IMG/VR virus record: IMGVR_UViG_3300040801_001530
Coordinates: 356 to 64,355 of that record
DNA from: a virus
Direction: 5' to 3' (one strand)
DNA: 64,000 nucleotides
The notes below the pieces were generated by a model that did no database searches, was not told the DNA's origin, and saw only the letters and a program-made list of their open reading frames with translations. Both the position numbers and the translations under genes were made by a program. Every line of letters begins with the position of its first letter. The stretch's first letter is position 1. This document shows positions 9,992 to 19,720 of this stretch, piece after piece.

Positions 9992-12677
9992 CATAAATGA
10001 TATTAAAAGTAAGGCCCAGCGTGCATTAAGAGCATCGTTACAAGGTGACGCACAGCGACGTGAATATTACGCAAAATTAGGCGACGGTAGCGGCAACGTA
10101 GACACAGGCCGCGCTAATTATGTTTTTGCGCGTGTAAGTATGCCTGATGGTATCACTGTAAGCGAGGTGTTATGTGTTCGTCTAACCCCTGTGAATGATC
10201 TGCCTGTTAGAATAGCTACAAATACCGATGACCAACTAGAGGTAATGTCGTTTGACCCCACACAAATAGCCTCGTATTATGGTGATGACAGACCACCAGG
10301 CGGTGGCGGCCCGCATGGTTGGACACACCAGCGCCTCGCTATAGACCCGGTACAATTAGGTCGGTTACAGGTGCGTGATCTGCTCACAACCCCCACAGAC
10401 CCAGCTAGTACATCGGTTTATATCGATCCCTATTTTTACCGTACCGACGCGGGTTATCAATATTGGCAAGGCGGTACGGTAGACCTATCCGCCTACATAC
10501 CTGGCACGCTTTACCAACACAGGCCATTGCTTATTGGCATAGATGGCAATACTAACACAGCACAGGTGTTAAGCGGTTCGGTAGAGCTTTACCCCGGTAT
10601 GGCGGACACAATAAACCCATTTACAGGTGAACATGCTGCCCGCATTATACCCCCCGACGATTTTATAGAGAGTGCGGGCGTTAGGGTTCGGTATGGCCAA
10701 ACGCAAATACAGGGCTATGATCTATTCCTAGATGCTAGGCAATGGAGTGCATTTAGTTACGGCGGTGGTGTTAACACATTCTTAGCGTTAGAAGATACGC
10801 CTAGCGCTTATGGCGGTAACGCGGGGCAATTTGTAGCGGTAAATAGCGCCGAAGACGGTCTAGTATTCTCTAACTCGCAGCCTGTTATTAGCGCGGGTGT
10901 TAGCTTTTTTGCGACACCAACGGGCCGATTCACGTTGCGGGATGACGAATACTATAATGAGCGTACCGACGCTGGACTAAGCGGCATTATCTCTATCACA
11001 GCCTCTAGCCAAGAAGGCGGTTTTGCGCCCAACTTTGTGCGCTCAACAGATGGTAACCCGTGGCGAAGTGCAAACACCAGTCCGCCCCATTGGATAGAGT
11101 ACCAATTTATAACTGCTAAAGATATGGCGTTAGCATATTATCGAGCGGGAGCGTACCTAAATCCAAGCGGTGTCGCAAAAGATTTTAAGATACAGTATTA
11201 TGATGGTGGTTGGATAGACGCATATAGCATAAGCAGCAATACGAGTGGCATTCTCTCGCCCGTGCTATCGGGGGATAGCTCAACACGTTGGCGGATGTAT
11301 GTAACCGGTGTTGTAAGCGGCAATCAAGTAGAGGTGGAGAGGTTAGGATTATACACGCAAGATACGCTGCCACTGTTAGCACAATCTTTTACGGTTCCTA
11401 GCTCAATTAAGCTGGAGACAGTACAACTGCGTCTAAAGCGCGTGGGGAATCCCGTAGGTAATATACAAGCTAGTATATATAGTAATATTACAGAGACATC
11501 TAGACCAGATATGGTAATTACTAACGGTGACTTTGACGCTATTAGCGCTAGCGCGGTAGATACTAGTTATGAAGATATAAGTTTTACAACTAATTCACAA
11601 CCGACGCTAGCGGGATCGACCCGCTATTGGCTGGTTCTGTCAGGCGATTACACGTTTGACAAAGACAATGCAATACAATGGGGTTATGCGGCTGGCTCAC
11701 CTTATGATGAGTTATTAAAAGTGTACAACGGCACGACGTGGTACGACTGGACAAATGGTTATGGGGATATTCAGCTAGACGCGCCTATATCATTCTGTTA
11801 TGCGGTTAACCCCAATAATGCTAATAGTATAGATAGCATTGTAGACTTCCCTGATATAGAGTTTTTTGTAGACGCCGACAACGGCACGCGGCAAACGATT
11901 AGCAACCAGACCGTGCAAACGCTTGCCGGTGGCACAGGCATAGATACCGCTAACAGCGTATCGGGCACTACCACATTTAGTTTAACAAATACAGGCGTAA
12001 CGTTCGCTGCCGACAGTGGTACTAATCAGACAATAAACTTAGGTAATACGTTTAACATTCTAGGCGGTAACGGTATTGACACAGCTATGAGTGCTGATAC
12101 TGTTACAATTGATAATGTAGGCGTTTACCAGTTTGCGGGCAACACAGGCACCGCGTTTAATGTAACACAGGGTGGCACGATTAATGTAACTGGTACCGCC
12201 TTTATGAGCGTGGAGGCCATACCGCCAAATACATTGCAAATCGCACTCGAAGAACCGGCATATGGAACATTATATGTGCAGAACGAGACGCCTACAGCAC
12301 AAACCGGCATAGGTACATCATTTACTACGGTCACAGGTTTTGAAGGCGAAGGCGAATCTAACGGTGTTACACTAAGTGCCGCTAACGATAATATTACAGT
12401 GAGTAGTGATGGGGTTTATATGATAGGCGCTCAAACTTCTTTTAGCGGCTCTAATAATGTAACCTATACCATGCGGATCTATGTAAACGGTACCGGGCAA
12501 ATAGCCTGTTTTAGGCGCAAGCTAGGGGCGAGTGGCGATGTCGGCAGCGCTTCTATCGCATTTACCCCGTTGGTACTGTCTGCTAATGATGTAATAGACC
12601 TGCGTGTTAAGGCGGATAGCGCTGGCCAAAATATTAGTATGTATTCTGGCCAGCTTAGCGTGTATAAGATTGTTTAA
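9984..12677 (+). CDS. Tail fibre/receptor-binding protein with F5/8-type-C-like domain, internal repeats and a C1q/BclA-like C-terminus
   Basis: ITASS...WRS...PHWIEYQF (discoidin-like); three repeats like TFAADSGTNQTINLGNTFNILGGNGIDT at ~11865-12200. Confidence 0.6.
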   Translation: MADINDIKSKAQRALRASLQGDAQRREYYAKLGDGSGNVDTGRANYVFARVSMPDGITVSEVLCVRLTPVNDLPVRIATNTDDQLEVMSFDPTQIASYYGDDRPPGGGGPHGWTHQRLAIDPVQLGRLQVRDLLTTPTDPASTSVYIDPYFYRTDAGYQYWQGGTVDLSAYIPGTLYQHRPLLIGIDGNTNTAQVLSGSVELYPGMADTINPFTGEHAARIIPPDDFIESAGVRVRYGQTQIQGYDLFLDARQWSAFSYGGGVNTFLALEDTPSAYGGNAGQFVAVNSAEDGLVFSNSQPVISAGVSFFATPTGRFTLRDDEYYNERTDAGLSGIISITASSQEGGFAPNFVRSTDGNPWRSANTSPPHWIEYQFITAKDMALAYYRAGAYLNPSGVAKDFKIQYYDGGWIDAYSISSNTSGILSPVLSGDSSTRWRMYVTGVVSGNQVEVERLGLYTQDTLPLLAQSFTVPSSIKLETVQLRLKRVGNPVGNIQASIYSNITETSRPDMVITNGDFDAISASAVDTSYEDISFTTNSQPTLAGSTRYWLVLSGDYTFDKDNAIQWGYAAGSPYDELLKVYNGTTWYDWTNGYGDIQLDAPISFCYAVNPNNANSIDSIVDFPDIEFFVDADNGTRQTISNQTVQTLAGGTGIDTANSVSGTTTFSLTNTGVTFAADSGTNQTINLGNTFNILGGNGIDTAMSADTVTIDNVGVYQFAGNTGTAFNVTQGGTINVTGTAFMSVEAIPPNTLQIALEEPAYGTLYVQNETPTAQTGIGTSFTTVTGFEGEGESNGVTLSAANDNITVSSDGVYMIGAQTSFSGSNNVTYTMRIYVNGTGQIACFRRKLGASGDVGSASIAFTPLVLSANDVIDLRVKADSAGQNISMYSGQLSVYKIV

Positions 12678-12717
12678 TTGCCATGCATGTTATACTAATA
12701 ATAAACAGAGTGACAAA

Positions 12718-13332
12718 ATGTCTCCAACTGATGTACTAGACATAGCTAATGGTGATTATGGCACTACCGCGCTGTTAGCGATAATAATTTTAACTTGGAT
12801 GGGGGGGCGAGTCGCACTCGCTACTATTGGCGCTTTAATCGGCAAGGATGCTAACCAGAAGGAAGAACTAGCTATGCAGGATGGTACCGAGCGGCAATGG
12901 GCAACTACAATTAAAGGGCTGACACAAGTCATCCAGGACACTATTACTGGCCTGCAACGTGTTACAGATGTGCAACAGGAGCTAGTAACAAATATAAAAT
13001 CGCTTAATGTGCAGTCAGCCCAGCATAGCCAGTTCACAACCGAATTAGCCCAGTCTATTAAAGTCATTGCAGAATATACGAGTTCTTTGGCAGCTAAAAG
13101 CGACCAGACATTGGACAATACCGCACGTGCATTACAGCGTGTAGATGAGATAAAATCTGAGTTGGCAAAAATTAAGGGATTAGTAGAGGCTGTAGAGATG
13201 CGGATAACTTCGCAAGACATACCTGTAGAAGCAATAGAGCGGATCGAGGCTGCACAGATGGCAATCCTTGCTAGGCTAAACGATTATTTAGCGGGGCTAA
13301 CCACAGAACCGATAGGGGAGAATGCTAAATAA
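12718..13332 (+). CDS. Membrane-anchored coiled-coil protein (possible lysis-related)
   Basis: N-terminal hydrophobic helix ALLAIIILTWMGG followed by heptad-rich helix; ATG 12718 chosen over the ORF-track start. Confidence 0.45.
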   Translation: MSPTDVLDIANGDYGTTALLAIIILTWMGGRVALATIGALIGKDANQKEELAMQDGTERQWATTIKGLTQVIQDTITGLQRVTDVQQELVTNIKSLNVQSAQHSQFTTELAQSIKVIAEYTSSLAAKSDQTLDNTARALQRVDEIKSELAKIKGLVEAVEMRITSQDIPVEAIERIEAAQMAILARLNDYLAGLTTEPIGENAK

Positions 13333-13703
13333 TGGCAATAGGACAGCATGATAAAAGCAAGGTGTTTTTACATACCGCTGCTACCAGCAACGGTAATGGC
13401 ACCACACTAGATGTGCTACAGGCCGCGCAAATGCGGTTGCATGTAGTGGTTACAGGCACATTTGATGGTACCATTACATTCCAAGAGTCGCTAGACGACT
13501 ACAACGCTACTAGCCTAGATTGGGTCGAGGTGGCTTTGATTGAGTTAAGCGACTGGGCAACCGCTAGCAGTACATTTACCGGAAGTGATAACAAGGGCTA
13601 CTTGTACCCTGCCCGCGCTGCACGGGCCTTTAGAGCAGTGATTAGCGAGCAATCAACAGGCACGGTAGATGTAACAGCCATCCGTTTTAAGTCGGGGATG
13701 TAA
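13332..13703 (+). CDS. Hypothetical beta-rich virion protein
   Basis: RBS GGGGAG, coupled start, beta-strand pattern. Confidence 0.45.
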   Translation: MAIGQHDKSKVFLHTAATSNGNGTTLDVLQAAQMRLHVVVTGTFDGTITFQESLDDYNATSLDWVEVALIELSDWATASSTFTGSDNKGYLYPARAARAFRAVISEQSTGTVDVTAIRFKSGM

Positions 13704-13708
13704 TATTA

Positions 13709-14455
13709 ATGGCTAACTTATTTGTGGCCGCTAAAATACCGCGTATAAGCGCTAGGCATCCAGCGCTTGCTCTCTTTGGCGCAGACTTAATCGCATTGTA
13801 TAGTGCTAAATATTCTCGAATGTTTGAGGAATCGTCTGGGCCGGGCACACCCGTAGCCGATGGCAGCCCGATTGGATGGCTTGAGGATTTAAGCGCCAAT
13901 GCATACCATCTGATCCAGACCACGACCGCCAACAAGCCGACGCTGGACGCAAACAATGCCAGTTTTGGCGGAGCAGTAGTATGGGATTTTAGCGGCAATG
14001 ACTTCTGGCAAAAAGATTTTGCGACAAGCTACACGCAACCTAATACGATTATTGGCGTTTTTAGAGTCTCTGACTTAACATCTGCGCGATACATCATAGA
14101 TGGCAATGATAGCATCAATCGGAATGTATTTTTTACAACAGCTGACGCTTACACTTTTTTTAGCGGCAGCTCAGTAGGGGGCGGCACACCAGACACAGAT
14201 ACACATGTATTCGTTGCAACTAATGGCTCATTATCCAAGGTTTGGCTAGATGGCACATTAATTATCAACACTAATGCGGGATCACACTCAATCAATGGTG
14301 TGACATCTGGGGCGCGTTACACGGGAGACGGAGGCGTGATCGGGAAGATTGCTGAATTATGTATCATTAATCGAGCCATCACCACGGCAGAACACAACGC
14401 TATGCTCGCATGGTTCAAAGATACTTATGGCATAAATTATGAGGTGGTTGCATAA
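13709..14455 (+). CDS. LamG/concanavalin A-like domain protein
   Basis: WLEDLSANAYHL...IGKIAELCIINRAITTAEH pattern typical of phage ConA-like domains. Confidence 0.55.
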   Translation: MANLFVAAKIPRISARHPALALFGADLIALYSAKYSRMFEESSGPGTPVADGSPIGWLEDLSANAYHLIQTTTANKPTLDANNASFGGAVVWDFSGNDFWQKDFATSYTQPNTIIGVFRVSDLTSARYIIDGNDSINRNVFFTTADAYTFFSGSSVGGGTPDTDTHVFVATNGSLSKVWLDGTLIINTNAGSHSINGVTSGARYTGDGGVIGKIAELCIINRAITTAEHNAMLAWFKDTYGINYEVVA

Positions 14456-15207
14456 TGCGCTGGCCGTATCGTTTATATGCATTCTTGGTGCACGATTACG
14501 ATAACACTAGCGTCGCATATGCATTTGGTGAACGCTTAGCACGCGCTGGAAGCGGTGAGACGCCGCATAGCGAGGCAGCGACGTTTGATAAATCCCCAGC
14601 CATGTTTGGCGCTAATAATTCTGGCCTATACACTATTAACATGCCAGTTAAAGACTCTATGTGGCGTGCTATTGTAGATACGTTCCCGAATAACGGCGCG
14701 TTTGCTGTTGTATCACGACCCACACCAACAGTAGTTGTCTCCTCCTTTGCTAAAATAGGTGCGGTCTTATCATGGCAAGAGGCGTTAGAGATAATCAAAA
14801 ATGATTTTGGTGTGGATGTCCCCACAGTACCCATAGAGGCAGCGAGGCTAAATTTTAACTACTACGATCGTGGTCGTGATACTGTACAGATAAGCGGCAT
14901 AATAGATACTGCGCACAACACTGCAACCATACAACGTCATAGCGGGACATTAAATATAGCTGGTAAAAACGCAGTTGCCCCTACCAGCCGCCACGAACGC
15001 CTACAAGAACTTATAGAGGCTGGGTGGTGTGTTATCACCCCCAACGTTATAGACGGGCTAGAGAGAGCCGCTATGCATGTCTGTGGTACGCATACATGCG
15101 AACTGTATTATAAAACTCCGTGCGGTTTGCGCACGATAGAGCACCCCCCATATAGCATATTATATGTACCAAATACATTTACATTATTAGCTGAACGGAG
15201 CAAATAA
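14455..15207 (+). CDS. Hypothetical protein
   Basis: 250 aa ORF coupled in the late operon. Confidence 0.45.
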   Translation: MRWPYRLYAFLVHDYDNTSVAYAFGERLARAGSGETPHSEAATFDKSPAMFGANNSGLYTINMPVKDSMWRAIVDTFPNNGAFAVVSRPTPTVVVSSFAKIGAVLSWQEALEIIKNDFGVDVPTVPIEAARLNFNYYDRGRDTVQISGIIDTAHNTATIQRHSGTLNIAGKNAVAPTSRHERLQELIEAGWCVITPNVIDGLERAAMHVCGTHTCELYYKTPCGLRTIEHPPYSILYVPNTFTLLAERSK

Positions 15208-15210
15208 CTA

Positions 15211-15510
15211 ATGGCAGTACCTACCTACTTAACAATCAACACTAGTAAATCGCTAGGCGCACGCACACGACAGTTTATTGATTTATTAGAGCAAGCGCAA
15301 AATGAGTCGGCTGCTCTATACAATATCCTGACTACACAGCGCTATCTAGATGAGCAAAGCCAGTGGCAATACGACGTAGTAGCCAACGAGTTTGGCGTAA
15401 CAGGACAAACAGCGGTGCCCGCGCAAGACTTGTGGAACCTTATTAGTGGTGTAAATACATTGTTGCAAGATAACGGTATAGACAGCGCCTTAGCGCGTTT
15501 AGGAGGTTAG
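15211..15510 (+). CDS. Hypothetical protein
   Basis: RBS GGAG, contiguous in the operon. Confidence 0.5.
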   Translation: MAVPTYLTINTSKSLGARTRQFIDLLEQAQNESAALYNILTTQRYLDEQSQWQYDVVANEFGVTGQTAVPAQDLWNLISGVNTLLQDNGIDSALARLGG

Positions 15511-15512
15511 TT

Positions 15513-15767
15513 ATGGAATTGGATGTAATGGTAGCATTGGTTATTGCGGCAGGGGCGCTGGTAGGCTGGGGACTAACCGCCTACTGGGCTATCAAGGGGC
15601 AAGTTAATAGCTATCCCCCGGCTGTTATTGATTTTGTCGAGCAACTTTTGCAACTGGTAGAGGCCGTGGCAAAATCCACCGAGGGCAAAGCGGACGATCG
15701 CACCGTCGAGCTTTTGCGCGAGGCAGCGGGCACAATTTTTGGCACTGAAGACAAGCCCACAGGGTAA
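15513..15767 (+). CDS. Putative holin-like membrane protein
   Basis: One N-terminal TM helix, charged C-terminus, last gene before terminator hairpins. Confidence 0.4.
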   Translation: MELDVMVALVIAAGALVGWGLTAYWAIKGQVNSYPPAVIDFVEQLLQLVEAVAKSTEGKADDRTVELLREAAGTIFGTEDKPTG

Positions 15768-15768
15768 A

Positions 15769-15838
15769 TAAAAAACCGGGTTTAACCCGGCTTATTAAGT
15801 ATATTATAGTCAAGGCGGGGATAATTCCCCGCTCTTTT
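15769..15838 (+). terminator. Two intrinsic terminator hairpins ending the late operon and the convergent cassette
   Basis: CCGGG-TTTAA-CCCGG and GCGGGGA-TAAT-TCCCCGC followed by a T tract. Confidence 0.6.
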
Positions 15839-15839
15839 G

Positions 15840-16235
15840 TTATGCAACCTGTTGGGCAGCGGCGGGGCGAACAAACTCCGCGCCGTGTTTGGCTTCGATA
15901 GCCGCCACGCTATCGGCATGGCCAAATGCCTCTAGCATCATTTTGGCGTCTACAGCCTTCCAACCGTAGTAATTTGCCGTGGCGGTGTCGCCGTGGTCTG
16001 TGGCGGCACAAAAAAGCGCCGTGTACCAGGCGAAGGCTTGCAAGCGCCGCCAGATAAACTCGGCGTCTAGCTCGATATGGATGGTATAATCGGCACTTGA
16101 GAGCACATTGTAGGCCGCGCCGAACATATCTAGCTCGGCTAACTCTTGCGTGTAGTAGGTTAAGCGGACTCGACTCTTCGCGATTACCGCATTGCGTAAG
16201 CCTTGTACCAGTTGGATAACCATTGAATTTTGCAT
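15840..16235 (-). CDS. Hypothetical cassette-borne protein
   Basis: Preceded by RBS AGGAG and cassette motif at 16261-16270. Confidence 0.6.
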   Translation of the reverse strand: MQNSMVIQLVQGLRNAVIAKSRVRLTYYTQELAELDMFGAAYNVLSSADYTIHIELDAEFIWRRLQAFAWYTALFCAATDHGDTATANYYGWKAVDAKMMLEAFGHADSVAAIEAKHGAEFVRPAAAQQVA

Positions 16236-16363
16236 TATACTCTCCTGTAAAGTGTTCTTGCTTGACTATGCTTTAATCATAGCATAGCCCCACAGCCTTT
16301 GCAAGTGTTCGCCCCGTCTATCGCCTAACTCTAATCTGATGTTCTAAATATGTTCTAAAAAAC

Positions 16364-16389
16364 AAAAACCCCGCTTTGTGGGCGGGGTT
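16364..16389 (-). terminator. Intrinsic terminator (same family as 22599-22630 and 36452-36478)
   Basis: CCCCGC-N7-GCGGGG stem with T tract. Confidence 0.7.
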
Positions 16390-16424
16390 GTCTGGGCTAT
16401 TCGGTTGTGTGTGGGGATGGGCTG

Positions 16425-17006
16425 CTAGCAAATGCCATAGAGGGCTTCGAAGTCGGTGTCATCATAGGCTGCCACTAACTCTAGCGCTTGCCGTTTGGGG
16501 ATATAGGCGATACCGCCCAATAGCGCGCCGTTATCATCAACCACATAACTAATATCTGTGCAATGAATTACGGCGGTGGTGTTGCCCACATAGACCTCAG
16601 CCTTAATGTGGCCATGATTACTATACCAACGCACCAACGCAGGCACGCCGTAAACTTGGCAATGGGTGGTAGGCTTTGTGAAGTATTCATCCCGCAAAAC
16701 CGATTGCTTAGCCTCGCGTACCTTTTGAGTAAGGGCTTCAATGATGGCTTCGCGCTCTTGGCACAAGTCACCATAAACCTGCCCCCAAAATTGGTTATAG
16801 GCATTGCTTACGTAATCTTCGTTAATCATGTGAGCGTCGGCGTAATCGTCGGTGTACCAAGCAATGTCGCTGCTAACCTTATCCTCAATATCAAGTGTAG
16901 ACAATTCAGCCAAAATCTCGCGGGGGTGGCTAACAAGCCAATTAAATGAGCCATTCTCATCGGTTAGGGTGTAACTGCGGGTTGTGGGGTTATAACGTGC
17001 GCTCAT
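16425..17006 (-). CDS. Hypothetical cassette-borne protein
   Basis: RBS AAGGAG, cassette motif at 17037-17046; C-terminus shared with 36507..36818. Confidence 0.65.
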   Translation of the reverse strand: MSARYNPTTRSYTLTDENGSFNWLVSHPREILAELSTLDIEDKVSSDIAWYTDDYADAHMINEDYVSNAYNQFWGQVYGDLCQEREAIIEALTQKVREAKQSVLRDEYFTKPTTHCQVYGVPALVRWYSNHGHIKAEVYVGNTTAVIHCTDISYVVDDNGALLGGIAYIPKRQALELVAAYDDTDFEALYGIC

Positions 17007-17120
17007 GGTTAGTTCTCCTTATTAGATTGTTCCTCGCTTGACTATGATACTAGCATAACACGGTTAAGGATAAAAAACACCCCCTAAATTTTAGGGGGTG
17101 TCTAACTATACTTTAGCGGC

Positions 17121-17447
17121 TTACGACTCTAGCAACCACACACTACCGATTGCATCCGTCAATGCTTGCCGTGCCTCGGCGGTGTCACTAGGCAATGCAA
17201 ACTTATATGTGTTTGCGCCCCACTCATATTTTGCACTCCAAACAATATTCACGTAATAACCATAGCGCCGCTGCCTGTCGGGTTTTACACGCGGCCCGCT
17301 CGCCGTTTGCACAATTACATAGTCTTCGGGGTTGTACTTGCCGGGGCGATACCACCCCCGCGTAATGAACATCCCGCGCAACCCTGCCGGGCCGTGTTCT
17401 GTTCTCAATTGCGCCGCCACGGGCAGCAAAGATTTGTAATAGTTCAT
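17121..17447 (-). CDS. Hypothetical protein
   Basis: RBS AAGGAG upstream; hairpin downstream. Confidence 0.55.
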   Translation of the reverse strand: MNYYKSLLPVAAQLRTEHGPAGLRGMFITRGWYRPGKYNPEDYVIVQTASGPRVKPDRQRRYGYYVNIVWSAKYEWGANTYKFALPSDTAEARQALTDAIGSVWLLES

Positions 17448-17551
17448 TGTTGGCTATCTCCTTTTTTAACAGACGTTAGATGCATCGTAGCATAACGCTA
17501 AGTTGGTGTCAATTAGAATTTATAAAATTCATAAAGCGTTCTAGCCATGTT

Positions 17552-18001
17552 CTAATGTGTTGTATCCCTCTGCAATGCCATTAGACTATTTAAAAAGTTC
17601 TGGCCACTGTTGCCACCCTCGGCCTTTTTAACTGTAATCCCCCCGCCCGTGTCTTCGGGCGTATGATATGCACGCGGGGGGCCTGATACCGTGTGTGCTG
17701 GTAGAGGCGTGCTAATGCGCTGTCCGCTCTCTAGCATTTGCGCTAACTTATCATTAATTGCGCGTAATAATTCAATAATAGAGTCATCTGTTCCAAGTGA
17801 CGTGTCGCCCCGTACCGTAACAGGTTGCGTAACATTTGTTACGGTACTTGTTACGGTACGCTTGTTACGGTTACTTTTACGCGCTGTACCACCGTGCCGA
17901 AGGCGATACGCTTCTTGCTTGCACGCATCACTACAGTATTTAGCGCGTTTTGTCTCGGCCTCAAATCTAGCACCACATGTGGTGCATTCTACAGTAACCA
18001 T
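17552..18001 (-). CDS. Zinc-finger-containing hypothetical protein
   Basis: CTTC...YCSDACKQEAYR four-Cys motif; RBS GGAGG. Confidence 0.55.
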   Translation of the reverse strand: MVTVECTTCGARFEAETKRAKYCSDACKQEAYRLRHGGTARKSNRNKRTVTSTVTNVTQPVTVRGDTSLGTDDSIIELLRAINDKLAQMLESGQRISTPLPAHTVSGPPRAYHTPEDTGGGITVKKAEGGNSGQNFLNSLMALQRDTTH

Positions 18002-18083
18002 TAGACCCTCCTATTTAGATTATTCCGGTTGACGATAATGGTAAATATGATGGGTGGGGGGGGGGAACCACCCCCCACCGGCA

Positions 18084-18299
18084 CTACGATTCGGATGTTA
18101 GTAAATGCCAAGGATAGCGTTTAATCGCCCACGCCACTAAGGCTTGCTCTACTACGTAACGGTCATGCAATGGCCTATCACGCAGCCATCGGCTTATCAG
18201 CCGAGCACGGTCTTCGTGTGTGTGCACGGCTAGTAATGCATCCCCTAACCCCGCTTCTACGATTACCTCCATCATAGTCGCAACTTTGCCGCTTACCAT
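18084..18299 (-). CDS. Hypothetical protein
   Basis: Overlapping coupling with the upstream ORF. Confidence 0.35.
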   Translation of the reverse strand: MVSGKVATMMEVIVEAGLGDALLAVHTHEDRARLISRWLRDRPLHDRYVVEQALVAWAIKRYPWHLLTSES

Positions 18300-18571
18300 T
18301 CTCTATCCCCCGGATCATAGCAACTAATAGCACGCTTACAACCATTATGCTGTTGCTCATAAATTAACATGATCGGCGTAGGTAGTACACACGTGCACTT
18401 ATTGTAAAAATTAATACCGCTAGTTGACTCGACACCCGCCAGATCGAGTAGGTGAACTGTCAAACTAGGCCCGATGTGAACACCCACCGCACTTGCCGCA
18501 AAACCATCATATAAAAACTCGCTAATTTGAACTTCGTACAATTTTGGGGCGTTCTGCTGCTTCTTAGTCAT
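18293..18571 (-). CDS. Hypothetical protein
   Basis: ATG at 18571 overlaps the stop of the recombinase gene. Confidence 0.45.
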   Translation of the reverse strand: MTKKQQNAPKLYEVQISEFLYDGFAASAVGVHIGPSLTVHLLDLAGVESTSGINFYNKCTCVLPTPIMLIYEQQHNGCKRAISCYDPGDREW

Positions 18572-19709
18572 ATGGTTTACCTTCCACCTCAAGCTGATTA
18601 CGTAATTGTGCTAATTCCCGCCCGGCGTCGCGTGCAGATAATCCTGTTAGACTTTGCACATTATATTTACTTAATAATGTTTGTGTGTATTGTTGACCGC
18701 CATCCTCATAGATAGTAGCCGCGTTTGTCATTAATGCGTTAAGCACATCAGGCACTACTAGCGCCGTGCCCGGTGCGTTATGTCCGTTAGCCGCTTCTTT
18801 GGTATCAGTAAACGCTGGCCATTTATTAATAAGGCCTTGCAGAATATTGGCGGGTAAATCGATTAGTGCGGCATATTGTTGCCCTGTTTGCCCGCTCGCC
18901 CATGCCAGTTGCGCCGCCACCTTTTGCTCATACTCATCTTCTGTATATTGCGCCAAACCCCGGCGTCGGTGCTCGTCTACCATCGCCTGCGTTGTTAGCG
19001 CGGGCGCGTGGGCAATCGACGTAACTTTAGCTTGTGTGTCCTGTGTTGGTGTGGGTGGGCTAGCCTGGCTGGGCTGTGCTCGCGGCTTACCGACGCGCTG
19101 GTCTTGCAGACGGTAAATAAACTGCTTGCGCTCTTTTGGATCCTTAATACTCATGAACTCTTTTACGCGGTCATCAGCCCGCTTAAAATCACCACCGGTC
19201 GCTTTGCCATCCCAATAGGTGGTTAAGAATAGATGACGCTCCCACGACGGGATAGCATCCGGCAACCATCGGGGCGTAACCACGGTGTTATAGATGTCAT
19301 TCGCCCCGCAAATATTACCCATGCTAGCGGCCCGCCGGATACTATCAGTAAAACCGCCTTTAACGCCTTCCTCGTTGCCGGTGTCTTCACCCACATTTGT
19401 AAGCCGGATTAGTACCCCGTCTAGCCCACGAATGACAATAGTAAGGTAATGCCCAACTGGCATAGGCTGGGCAAAACCCTTAACGGTTGAGTAAGCCCGC
19501 TCATGCTCTACCCACCAATTACCCAACCCTAACACAGTGTTAAGACGGTCTACGATGTCTCGTGTGTCAATGTAGGGAGCCATCATATGCGCCTCGGTGG
19601 GCTTGCCTTTGTCTTTTGTGCTAATCGGCACATATTTAAGCCGTGTCGGGTCTATACGCTTTTGTAATGCCGCTACCACATCGGGCGGCAAGTGTTGTGT
19701 AAGTGACAT
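18564..19709 (-). CDS. Rad52/Rad22-family (Sak-like) single-strand annealing protein
   Basis: PYIDTRDIVDRLNTVLGLGNW...KGGFTDSIRRAASM matches the Rad52/22 pattern. Confidence 0.7.
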   Translation of the reverse strand: MSLTQHLPPDVVAALQKRIDPTRLKYVPISTKDKGKPTEAHMMAPYIDTRDIVDRLNTVLGLGNWWVEHERAYSTVKGFAQPMPVGHYLTIVIRGLDGVLIRLTNVGEDTGNEEGVKGGFTDSIRRAASMGNICGANDIYNTVVTPRWLPDAIPSWERHLFLTTYWDGKATGGDFKRADDRVKEFMSIKDPKERKQFIYRLQDQRVGKPRAQPSQASPPTPTQDTQAKVTSIAHAPALTTQAMVDEHRRRGLAQYTEDEYEQKVAAQLAWASGQTGQQYAALIDLPANILQGLINKWPAFTDTKEAANGHNAPGTALVVPDVLNALMTNAATIYEDGGQQYTQTLLSKYNVQSLTGLSARDAGRELAQLRNQLEVEGKPYD

Positions 19710-19720
19710 GTCTAACCTCC

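Noticed and set aside
6137-14455. Diversity-generating retroelement acting on tail fibres
   Set aside because: No reverse transcriptase and no template/variable repeat pair differing at adenines was seen
18053-18079. G10 run with a complementary C-rich arm; also the C run at ~60340-60350
   Set aside because: Intergenic hairpin or homopolymer without a reading frame to switch; no evidence of phase variation
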